A stretch of DNA of 64,000 bases from Candidatus Bathyarchaeota archaeon (lineage in GTDB: Archaea > Thermoproteota > Bathyarchaeia > Bathyarchaeales > Bathycorpusculaceae). The notes beneath the pieces are model-generated. The model had not been told where the DNA came from and did no database searches. It saw only the letters and a program-made list of their open reading frames with translations. Shown here piece by piece: positions 1 through 8,369 of this stretch. Numbering within the stretch: position 1 is the first letter of the stretch; each line of letters begins with the position of its first letter. Both the position numbers and the translations under genes were made by a program. The DNA lies in contig OY970280.1 of the NCBI GenBank assembly GCA_963715865.1, positions 1,024,001-1,088,000 on the forward strand, written 5' to 3'.

Positions 1-696
1 AATCCAATATTGAAGTGGACATCCCTTGATGTTTGGTTGTACATTTTCTGGAAAGAAATCCCGTACAACAAAGCTTATGAATACGGATTTTCGAGGATAG
101 GCTGCTGGGCATGTCCATCAAAGACTTTGAGGGATTTCTCGATATTGGAGGGGGTACATCCTGAGTTGATAACCAAGCTTTATTCCATTCTCGACAACTT
201 TGCCATGAAACGGAACATTGTCGACAATAAATGGAGTAAATCTGGGGACTGGAGAACTAGAAAGTCTAGAGTTAGTAAAATGAGCGTATGTGCCTCTAAG
301 CCTTGTTCGACAAGCAAAGAGTTTGTGTTTTCTATTAACAATCTTTCAACTGTCTGCAATGTCTTAGAGTTTTTCAAAATATTTGGGAAGATAAAGAAAA
401 GAGGACCAATATCAGTCATCAATGGTACTGATGTGGAACTTTCGACAGTTGGCAAGAGTATTCGAATATTGTTCAAAAACGAGGAGAAAGAAGATCAGAT
501 ACTCCATTACCTTGAAAGAGCACTAAATTGCATTAGCTGTGGTGCATGCCAAGGAGTTTGCAAAGTAGGAGCGATTACGCAATCTGAAGGTCAACGGTTC
601 ATTGATGCAACAAAATGCACGGGGTGCCAGAAATGTCTGATTTTCAGTTGTATTGCATTTCGCTACGGATCCGATCGGATGTCGGTTGAATTGTAA
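1..696 (+). CDS. PAPS reductase-family protein with C-terminal 4Fe-4S ferredoxin domain (5'-truncated by window edge)
   Basis: Frame is open from base 1: NPILKWTSLDVWLYI...YNKAYEYGFSRIGCWACP (PAPS reductase family C-terminal motif), then CISCGACQGVC and CTGCQKC..C clusters. Confidence 0.85.
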   Translation, partial: NPILKWTSLDVWLYIFWKEIPYNKAYEYGFSRIGCWACPSKTLRDFSILEGVHPELITKLYSILDNFAMKRNIVDNKWSKSGDWRTRKSRVSKMSVCASKPCSTSKEFVFSINNLSTVCNVLEFFKIFGKIKKRGPISVINGTDVELSTVGKSIRILFKNEEKEDQILHYLERALNCISCGACQGVCKVGAITQSEGQRFIDATKCTGCQKCLIFSCIAFRYGSDRMSVEL

Positions 697-759
697 TCCT
701 ATCGTTTTGGATAACTGCAGTATTTCTAAGTTATAAGCAGAATCATCGATATTGGTTAT

Positions 760-1155
760 TTGCATTTGAGGTCCTCAGATGTTAAGTCTGTTTCAGGTGA
801 AATAATGACTCGAATCAGGAACCATCAAGTAATTGGAAAACAAGGGGCATATGAGCTTCTAGGACTCCTTGAACAGAATTTGAACTTAACCGAGTCTTTA
901 ATTGTTGACAAACTAAGCAGAATCTTGTCTTCAAAAGAAACTTCTAAACTTACGAGAGAACTTTTAGACATCGCATTTATCAGGCGTATACCTCAAAAAG
1001 AATATTTGGAGCTGACTGATATTGGACGAGAAGCCTTCCTCCTTGCGAAAGTTATTAATGGAGCGTCTCTTGATTCAGTCGTAAATCAACTTTCAAGACT
1101 TCGAGCTAGGCAGCTTCTCTCTGATTACTCAGGATATTTGCGGATGCTTCCTTAA
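760..1155 (+). CDS. Winged-helix domain protein; probably the N-terminal half of a wHTH-PLD fusion
   Basis: Helical HTH followed by ELLDIAFIRR...YLELTDIGRE wing motif; its stop lies 1 nt before the next ATG. Confidence 0.6.
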   Translation: MHLRSSDVKSVSGEIMTRIRNHQVIGKQGAYELLGLLEQNLNLTESLIVDKLSRILSSKETSKLTRELLDIAFIRRIPQKEYLELTDIGREAFLLAKVINGASLDSVVNQLSRLRARQLLSDYSGYLRMLP

Positions 1156-1156
1156 C

Positions 1157-1612
1157 ATGATCAAAAACAGACATGCTGTCGAAGAAGTATACATATGTTC
1201 TCCTTGGATACGACTGAGCGACAATTATCTAGCGGATTTAGAGGAAACCACTCGAAAAAGTCATGGGGGCATCGACTTTCGAATTATTACAAGACCACCT
1301 TCAGAGCTTATTTGCGGCACACCTTCTTCGTGGCATAATCAATCCCTGAAAACACTAAGATGGTTTAAGGAACACGATGCTGATATGGTTAAACTAAGGA
1401 AATTGCATACAAAGTTGTATTGTGCACTCGGAGGAAATTGGCAATGTGCTCTTTTTGGATCCGAGAATCTTACAGAAGCAGGAAACGTTGAGTTAGGAAT
1501 TCGGATTGATGATGAGCAGATGACGCAAAAACTCTTAAGCTACTTTAATCGAATTTATAGTCACAGCACCGAAATATCAAAGGATGAATTGTATGTCGAG
1601 AATCGATGTTAA
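1157..1612 (+). CDS. Phospholipase D-superfamily (single HxK) nuclease domain
   Basis: VYICSPWI, FRIITRP, LHTKLY and GSENLT...GNVELGI motifs. Confidence 0.85.
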   Translation: MIKNRHAVEEVYICSPWIRLSDNYLADLEETTRKSHGGIDFRIITRPPSELICGTPSSWHNQSLKTLRWFKEHDADMVKLRKLHTKLYCALGGNWQCALFGSENLTEAGNVELGIRIDDEQMTQKLLSYFNRIYSHSTEISKDELYVENRC

Positions 1613-2759
1613 CCTGCATGAATGGTTTGGTCTAACCCGAGATAACTATATACTCAGGCCAAGAGAAATCGTTGAGGACAGGAAATTTTATGCTCGCCGA
1701 CCAGAATCAGTCCAGATAGAGAAACAGATAACCAACCTTGAAGTAGACCTTGCAGGTAAGATGTCTCCCAAGAAGCTATATTGGGGAGTTATTGGTGGAG
1801 GCAAGACTCACACTCTATACAATATTCTAGAAGAACTAAGAGTCAGGCTTGATATAGAGGTAGTTTTCGTTGAATGCCCAGTGACAAAGAAATCTCTCAA
1901 CTTCTCTGAACTTTACAGAAAAGTATTGGATTCAATGGGTATGGACCTTATTGTAAATGATCTGCTTCGGGGCGTAGTCAGCAACGTAGTCCAACGCGTT
2001 GGCATAATTGAGCAGGGCAAAGCGGAAAAGGAACTTAACAAGCTTCTTGGTTACGAAGACTTGGCTAGGGCTTCTTACACGATATTAACAGCAGGTTCAG
2101 AATTTAATCCTCTTACAATGTGGAGGTGGCTTAAAGCAGAGGAAGTCTCGAGCTCTGAAAGAGACAGTCTAAGAGTTTCAGCTGACCTTAAGACAGACCC
2201 AGAAGTACTGGCTGACATTTTGATTCTGATTGGGCGATTTATGCAGGAAAGGAAAAACAAAACTCTTGTTCTTGTTTTTGATGAACTCGATAGGATCCAC
2301 GATGCTTCGGTAGATGCAAAGGAGACTTTTAAAGCGGCATTCACAAAGCTTACCGAGCCTGGGCAGTCATATGTTTCGGTTTTCTTGTGTGCTTCCGCCG
2401 AAAGTTCTGCAAATGTACCAGACCTGATTGGCGAAGCCGTGGAAGACCGACTGAAAGGTGATATCAGTGAGATTCCTACAATGACAAGCAATGATGTGCT
2501 TCCTTTTGTAACGGATCTTGTGAAACACTTTAGGGACCCTGCTGCCAATATTAGCGAATTGGTTAAGATCGCGAAAGAGGAAACAGATGAAACTCTGGAT
2601 GAAGATCTTTATCCTTTTACGCAAGATGCCGTGGAAGCCATCAAAGCTGCTTGCGGCGATAAGAAGACCCCGAGGGCAATAACCAGAGCAATGTCCAAAG
2701 GGGCTGGAAGAGCCGTTATAAGGAAAAAGCACGTTGTTTCCAGCAAAGAAATAGAATAA
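1593..2759 (+). CDS. P-loop AAA+-type ATPase, BrxD/DUF2791-like
   Basis: Walker A GVIGGGKT, Walker B LVLVFDELD, WRWLKAE motif, C-terminal YPFT..A..AI...TPR lid; overlaps the PLD stop. Confidence 0.7.
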   Translation: MSRIDVNLHEWFGLTRDNYILRPREIVEDRKFYARRPESVQIEKQITNLEVDLAGKMSPKKLYWGVIGGGKTHTLYNILEELRVRLDIEVVFVECPVTKKSLNFSELYRKVLDSMGMDLIVNDLLRGVVSNVVQRVGIIEQGKAEKELNKLLGYEDLARASYTILTAGSEFNPLTMWRWLKAEEVSSSERDSLRVSADLKTDPEVLADILILIGRFMQERKNKTLVLVFDELDRIHDASVDAKETFKAAFTKLTEPGQSYVSVFLCASAESSANVPDLIGEAVEDRLKGDISEIPTMTSNDVLPFVTDLVKHFRDPAANISELVKIAKEETDETLDEDLYPFTQDAVEAIKAACGDKKTPRAITRAMSKGAGRAVIRKKHVVSSKEIE

Positions 2760-2786
2760 GAACGGAAATACAGGTCTGCAACCTTT

Positions 2787-4232
2787 ATGATAGCTCAGAA
2801 ACCCATAAGTTTCGATCACGGTTACCGCTTTTTCGATCCTCTTAAACTTGCTCAATTTGGTTCAGAAGGAGATCTTATTGCGGGACTGATTAGCGAGGAA
2901 AAAAACCCGGATGCAATCTTCTTTGGGAAGATCGCAGAATTCGATGGGATAATGGGAAAGAATGTTTGGTTTGACACTAAAGGCGCCCATGTAATATACA
3001 TAATAGGAAAACGAAGGGGCGGAAAAAGCTTCACATTAGGAACGTTAGCGGAAGGTTTGGGCTCAGATACATTTCATGTTGGTGATTCTAAGCAAGCTAT
3101 CCTCATTTTGGACACTCTCAACATTTTCTGGACTATGGAAAGCGGAGCAACAGACTCAGAACAATTGAAGGAACTTGAAAAATGGGGTCTAAAACCTGAA
3201 CCAATGAAAAATGTTGTGTGCTTTTATCCTAGGGGGCTAAAAAAACCGTATACTCCTCAACATTACAAAGAATTTGCACTGAAACCATCTGACCTTGAAG
3301 GGTCAGATTGGGCAGCACTCTTCGGTGTTGATCCCATATTGGATCCAATGGGCCAGTTACTGACGGAATTGCATGAAAAAGTGGCTATTGACGGATACAC
3401 AGGGGCAGGATCTTTCGTAAAACCTAACCACAATTATTCTGTTTCTGACCTTCTCCAATGCCTCAGCAGGGACAAAGAAATTTTGAGGTTTGCCACTCAA
3501 ACTATTGAAGCGGTAAGACGATATCTAAAAGCAGTAGAACGGTCTCCATTCTTCTCAAGTACAGGAACCGATGTAAGAGACATTTTTAGAAAAGGCCAAA
3601 TAACAATTTTGCTATTACGGGACCTTGATCAGCAAATTAGAGGATTAATAATCGGGCTCTTGATCAAAAAAATTATGAAAATTCGCGGGGAAACGGTTGA
3701 ATGCGAAAAAAGGCTGGCCATAAAGAAGAAGCAACTTAGCCTTTCTGAAAAGAGTCAGGAACAAACACCTGATGCCGATTCAGTAACCCTGGAAAAACTC
3801 GTGGAAAATGGTTTACCGAGAGGTTGGATTCTAATTGATGAGGCGCATAATTACATTCCTCAAAACGGAATAATCGGTTCAAAAGAACCTCTTAAGAAAT
3901 ATGTGAATGAAGGGCGCAATATCGGGCTTTCTATTGCGGTTACAACTCAACAACCATCAGGACTTGATGCAGCAATAAGAAGAAATGCGGATATCCTAGT
4001 TGTTCATGCCATTACTATGGCGAGTGATTTGGAAGTGACTGAAGGTATGCTGAATACATCAGTGCCAAAGACCGTTGCTATCGAAAGAAAAAAAGTTGAC
4101 GCCCATGTCTTCGAAAACATGGTCCGCGACCTCAAAATAGGCTACGCCATCATATCTTGCGTAAACGTCAACAGAGTCTTTCTCGTTAAGGTAAGACCAA
4201 GAGCTACCACACATGGCGGGGTTGAATATTAA
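2787..4232 (+). CDS. HerA/FtsK-like ATPase (DUF87 family)
   Basis: HVIYIIGKRRGGKS, ILILDTLNIF, ILIDEAHNY, EGRNIGLSIAVTTQQPS. Confidence 0.85.
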   Translation: MIAQKPISFDHGYRFFDPLKLAQFGSEGDLIAGLISEEKNPDAIFFGKIAEFDGIMGKNVWFDTKGAHVIYIIGKRRGGKSFTLGTLAEGLGSDTFHVGDSKQAILILDTLNIFWTMESGATDSEQLKELEKWGLKPEPMKNVVCFYPRGLKKPYTPQHYKEFALKPSDLEGSDWAALFGVDPILDPMGQLLTELHEKVAIDGYTGAGSFVKPNHNYSVSDLLQCLSRDKEILRFATQTIEAVRRYLKAVERSPFFSSTGTDVRDIFRKGQITILLLRDLDQQIRGLIIGLLIKKIMKIRGETVECEKRLAIKKKQLSLSEKSQEQTPDADSVTLEKLVENGLPRGWILIDEAHNYIPQNGIIGSKEPLKKYVNEGRNIGLSIAVTTQQPSGLDAAIRRNADILVVHAITMASDLEVTEGMLNTSVPKTVAIERKKVDAHVFENMVRDLKIGYAIISCVNVNRVFLVKVRPRATTHGGVEY

Positions 4233-5430
4233 CAAGAAAGGTTTCATATACAATACTCATGAAAGTGCTGAACGACCTTATTATGTATCTGCGCTGATTA
4301 AGGAATGTACCAAGCCACGTGAATCAATTTCAATTAACAATCTGGCAATTCTTGTCCACCAAAAACTGCGTCGAGAAATGTTTTTTCCAATCCCTGAGAG
4401 AGCGTGTCCATACATAATTCAAACAGCAATAGAGCTTAGGGTTCTTGAGAAAGATGTGTACAACGAAGGCATCGTGAACAGGTGGGGTGCCAGGGGATAT
4501 GTTCTCAACGAAATATCGCCTCAAATACCTTCAGGGCTACCTGACGACCTAAGGCTTCTGGAAAAAGACAGACTTGCTTTCTTGAAATATTACCTTGACG
4601 CCGATGGTCTTGCTCTGCTCTATCTTGTCAACAAGCTCAATTCAGAAGGGGAAATCAAACTTGCGGAACTGGTTCAAGGAAAACAGGTTGAACAAATGTG
4701 GAACAGCATCATCAAAGAATCACTGTTGTATACAAAGAACAGCAAGCTTAGAAGCGAAATGCAAGAGCTTATGAAAAGCAGCAGATTCCTGACAGGAAAC
4801 CCTCGAGCAACCGGCAAAACTTTGGAGCATATCAGGAAACAAAGAGTTACTCCCCATTTGGATATATTGGTGGATTTGGGTATCCTGGAGAGAAGCCCTC
4901 CACCCATGAATAGAACCGCTGTCGCAGAAGGTCTAAGAATGAAGGATAATAGAATGAAGAAGGCTGCATTAACAAGCAGTGAGAGAGTTGTCTATCGTCC
5001 AAAGTTTGAAAACAACATTAATCGAGTAGAGGCCTTTTTGAAGGAGTTTATGAATGCCCAAACTGTGGACCGCATACTCTCAACGCATGAAGGAGGGTTT
5101 TTTTCAGCCGCTGCCTTGATGTATGGTTTCAGTTTCCCCAGAGTTAGTTTAGAAACAGACTTTGTCCTAATACAAAAAGAAGTCGTTAAAGCTTACGAGT
5201 CTTGTCGCGATGACGTATACCGGCTAGCCTTCATTGACGCGATTTCTGATATAGTTTGTGTTAACTTACAAGTATTTGCTAAGAAGGTTTGTGAGCCTCA
5301 AGATGTCCGATCAGTTGTAGAAAAAATGCACCAAGCTTCGGAGAAAGATGTAAGATTTCACAGAGACAACTATGGAGTTATTACCTACCTAGTGTTAAGC
5401 AACGATTATGTCAAGACAGTTTTATCCTAA
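4213..5430 (+). CDS. Hypothetical 405-aa protein, possibly with several winged-helix segments
   Basis: Long ORF overlapping the HerA stop by 20 nt; wHTH-like segments QTAIELRVLEK and HLDILVDLGILER. Confidence 0.6.
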   Translation: MAGLNINKKGFIYNTHESAERPYYVSALIKECTKPRESISINNLAILVHQKLRREMFFPIPERACPYIIQTAIELRVLEKDVYNEGIVNRWGARGYVLNEISPQIPSGLPDDLRLLEKDRLAFLKYYLDADGLALLYLVNKLNSEGEIKLAELVQGKQVEQMWNSIIKESLLYTKNSKLRSEMQELMKSSRFLTGNPRATGKTLEHIRKQRVTPHLDILVDLGILERSPPPMNRTAVAEGLRMKDNRMKKAALTSSERVVYRPKFENNINRVEAFLKEFMNAQTVDRILSTHEGGFFSAAALMYGFSFPRVSLETDFVLIQKEVVKAYESCRDDVYRLAFIDAISDIVCVNLQVFAKKVCEPQDVRSVVEKMHQASEKDVRFHRDNYGVITYLVLSNDYVKTVLS

Positions 5431-5431
5431 A

Positions 5432-6583
5432 CTAATCCTGTGGAACTGTTGGGAAATGAGCTTGAACAAATTCTGGTGTTATTTTGTTTGGATAGATCTC
5501 ATCTTGTGCCCGTGAAGTCAGAAAGTCGAAGTATTTCATAAGATTGCGCGGGGTCAAATCATCCCCTTGTTTTGATATTAATTGAATTGTCAATTTCAAA
5601 CTTTCTTTGGTGAATGGATAGTATTTGTCCTCCACTTTTTCGTTCTGGAATTTTTTATTGCATAGTAAGTCCGAAATGAATTCGAGACTTTCTTCAAACG
5701 TAAGCGGAGGGATTTGAATTGTACGCGAGACCCTGCTTTGCAGGTCCAGAATGAGGAGATCTTTCATAACCGAGAAACTACCAGAAGCAAAGGAGAGGGC
5801 AAGTGAGAGATTATCGGGGCAGAGGTCAAACATATCACGTATTCCTTGTTGTATCGCAACAAAGTTATTTTGACTTTGCTTTCTTATTTCGGCAAAGTAA
5901 TGGCAATCATCTAGCACCCAAATTAAAGAGCAATACTCGTGGCATTTATCATCCTGATAAGTTAACATTCTGACAATAGAAGATGCTGCTTTGACAAAAT
6001 CCGAATCGTCAGTTAGATTTGCTGAAACGCCCAGAACCGATAAATATCTTTTGGAAAGGCGCTCTCCGGAAAGCCAAGCCTGCGAAAGCAAACAAATTGG
6101 GTCTCTAACAGACTTTGACGTTGCGACACTTCTTCCAAGAGCTAGAATGACGTTGGCAATGTCCATCCGCCCGCAAGCTATTTCATTTGTGACGATTTCG
6201 ATGGCCTTCATCTCTTCATCTAAATTTACTCCGCTGGGATTCAGTTTCGTCCAGATATCGGCGGCGACCTTGGCGAGGGCAATTGGGTTCATAGCTGAAA
6301 AAAATCCCTGTTGGTACAAATCTGCAAATCTGCGCATTTCTTTGGGCAGAGGTGAATAAACAACCGTATTCTTTCCCTCTTTTTCGAATGAGTTTTTGAA
6401 ATGAAGTAGAGAGTGAGATTTACCCGCGCCTACATAGCCCCAAACGCATAGCAGCGTCGACCTCTTCTTTTCTATTGTGTCGGCAAACGACATTTTTAAT
6501 TCTTCAAATAATTTCTTTCTATCCGCCCAGATATCAGGGGATCGCTCCGGCACCATTCTAAATGGCCAACTTTTGAAATACAT
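5432..6583 (-). CDS. Second P-loop AAA+-type ATPase, BrxD/DUF2791-like
   Basis: Walker A GYVGAGKS, Walker B LIWVLDDCH, AWLSGE motif, YPFT...LTPR lid; start placed at MYFKSWPF (6583) so the gene does not overlap the divergent ORF. Confidence 0.7.
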   Translation of the reverse strand: MYFKSWPFRMVPERSPDIWADRKKLFEELKMSFADTIEKKRSTLLCVWGYVGAGKSHSLLHFKNSFEKEGKNTVVYSPLPKEMRRFADLYQQGFFSAMNPIALAKVAADIWTKLNPSGVNLDEEMKAIEIVTNEIACGRMDIANVILALGRSVATSKSVRDPICLLSQAWLSGERLSKRYLSVLGVSANLTDDSDFVKAASSIVRMLTYQDDKCHEYCSLIWVLDDCHYFAEIRKQSQNNFVAIQQGIRDMFDLCPDNLSLALSFASGSFSVMKDLLILDLQSRVSRTIQIPPLTFEESLEFISDLLCNKKFQNEKVEDKYYPFTKESLKLTIQLISKQGDDLTPRNLMKYFDFLTSRAQDEIYPNKITPEFVQAHFPTVPQD

Positions 6584-6659
6584 AATTTGACTCCGTGCAT
6601 GAATTTTAGGAATAAGACTATTATCTCTCAACCTAAATAAAACAATGTGGAAATAAAAC

Positions 6660-7721
6660 ATGGCTAGGACTGGGTTTCTTCTCAGCGGAGAAGGCTTTGT
6701 TTGGGCGCGCCAAGGTCTGACCAAAATTAACGAACTGAGCCCTGGGGACAAATTACTTGGACTAGAATCAGGAAAACCCTCATGGTCCATTCTCGAATCG
6801 GTAAGCAAGAGACCCGGTCTTGATCGATTACTTAGAATAACAACGGACGGAAATGAGATTCTAATTTCAAAAGATTCTGAGGTTTTTGCCGTGGGAGGAG
6901 TTAAAAGGGCTTCCGAATTAACGGTGGGTGAAATTATTGAAACTTATAATATTCCGCAGGAAACTCAAGAATTAATGAATGACGGAAAGCCGATCTTCGT
7001 GGAATCTGAAGCAGGGCCTCTACGAATTGATAGCAAAATAGCATACATTTTGGGCACCCAAGTTAGGTCTCAAAAATTTGAGGATAAAGTAATCATAAAA
7101 GACCTTAGTCCAAACCACGCTTATGAAGTTGCCAAGTTGTGCTCAGAGGCATTGAAGGAACAATTCATTCCACATAAGGTCTATTACCTTGATGGAGGAA
7201 AAAAAGTCCGAGTTGACTGCGTTCCTCTGGCTCAAGCTTGCAGAGAAATAACTCAAACGAATATCCCAAGATTCATTCGGCAGTCAAATACTACGGTCTT
7301 GAGGTATTTTCTCATCGGTATACTGGATACCATCATTTGTTTAAATGAATCTGAAGATCCGCCAACTTCGTTCATTACCCTCGCTAAGCAAAGCGAGTTT
7401 AGAAGATTTGTTATAGATTGCTTACGATTGTTTGGAATAATTCCAATAAAGACATACGTTATTCACTCCTCCCAAGGACCTGCATACGTAAAGACATATG
7501 CAAATCCTAAAGACTTGATTCAATTGGGTCTGAAGTTCATCAAGGTTGAAGATGCACCGATTCTGACGGCAATACACGAAAAGGATGCTATGAGTTATTG
7601 CATTATCAGAAATATCTCAGAGTTTCAGGGGAAGCTATATTTTGTGCCCGAACCTAAGCTGCACTGGAGCCTCATAGCGGACATGGCGCCTTTGCATCGC
7701 CACGCTTTCTCTGATCCTTAA
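6660..7721 (+). CDS. Stand-alone degenerate intein (Hint + LAGLIDADG-like) protein
   Basis: LLSGEGFV..RQG...INEL.PGD (block A-like), AYILG and FLIGILDT (blocks C/E-like), CLRLFGI (block H-like), LYFVP...H...IAD...LHR (blocks F/G-like); no exteins. Confidence 0.7.
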   Translation: MARTGFLLSGEGFVWARQGLTKINELSPGDKLLGLESGKPSWSILESVSKRPGLDRLLRITTDGNEILISKDSEVFAVGGVKRASELTVGEIIETYNIPQETQELMNDGKPIFVESEAGPLRIDSKIAYILGTQVRSQKFEDKVIIKDLSPNHAYEVAKLCSEALKEQFIPHKVYYLDGGKKVRVDCVPLAQACREITQTNIPRFIRQSNTTVLRYFLIGILDTIICLNESEDPPTSFITLAKQSEFRRFVIDCLRLFGIIPIKTYVIHSSQGPAYVKTYANPKDLIQLGLKFIKVEDAPILTAIHEKDAMSYCIIRNISEFQGKLYFVPEPKLHWSLIADMAPLHRHAFSDP

Positions 7722-7852
7722 GTGGACAGCAGACATATGCTCGTTTGAAAGTACATTGCAACGGAAAAAGCGTGATAAATCCAGTCATTCTTTTAAAGCA
7801 ATATTGTTATATGTTGTTTCTGTGTCTGATTTGAGACTTGAGCGGTCCCTTT

Positions 7853-7987
7853 TTGCAGCTTAATCCAGAAAAGAAGCCTAACAGGCTGATTAATGAAAAG
7901 CGTCCTTGTCTTCTTCAGCATGCTTACAATCCTGCGGATTGGTTTCCGTGGGGTCAAGAAACCTTGACAAAGCAACTCATCCCTTAA
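7853..7987 (+). pseudogene. N-terminal stub of a YyaL/SSP411 (DUF255 thioredoxin-domain) gene
   Basis: Manual translation: [30 protein letters not shown] then a stop; matches the family start NRLxxExSPYLLQHAxNPVDWxPWGEE. Confidence 0.8.
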
Positions 7988-8074
7988 ACGCTTGTTAAAC
8001 GCACTAAACAAGTTTAGTCAAAAGCTTTATTGTAAAAAATATTAAAAACTAATGAAAAGTTAGGACTAAATGAG

Positions 8075-8369
8075 TTATTGTGGCTTCCATGTGCAGTTGA
8101 TTGCTTTATTATCGCAGGCTAACACGCATGGAGCCTTATTGGTTTCGGGCTTGCAGGAAGAGCAGGTGTACTTTATTTTTTTCCGGTGCTCCTCCGTAAC
8201 GGATGCAACGGTCTTATCCTCAAGGTCTATGAGCATGGTTTCCAGCTGAAGTGCTGATTGAGGACATTGCTTAACGCATTTGCCGCAGCCGTTGCACTTG
8301 TCTGTGTCGATAGTTATGTAGTAATCGCCTGACCCATTGCTGTAGCCATAATGCGTAATAATAATCCAT
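8075..8369 (-). CDS. BzdM-type ferredoxin (not in ORF track; start codon 1 nt out of frame)
   Basis: Manual translation: ITHYGYSNGSGDYYITIDTDKCNGCGKCVKQCP...KIKYTCSSCKP...PCVLACDNKAINCTW*. Confidence 0.85.

Noticed and set aside
4579-4608. LAGLIDADG-like motif (AFLKYYLDADG) in the 405-aa orphan
   Set aside because: Single short match without the surrounding endonuclease pattern; probably coincidental.
5432-6808. 458-aa version of the second ATPase
   Set aside because: The extra 75 codons overlap the divergent intein-like gene and look non-coding; the start at 6583 matches the paralogue's length.
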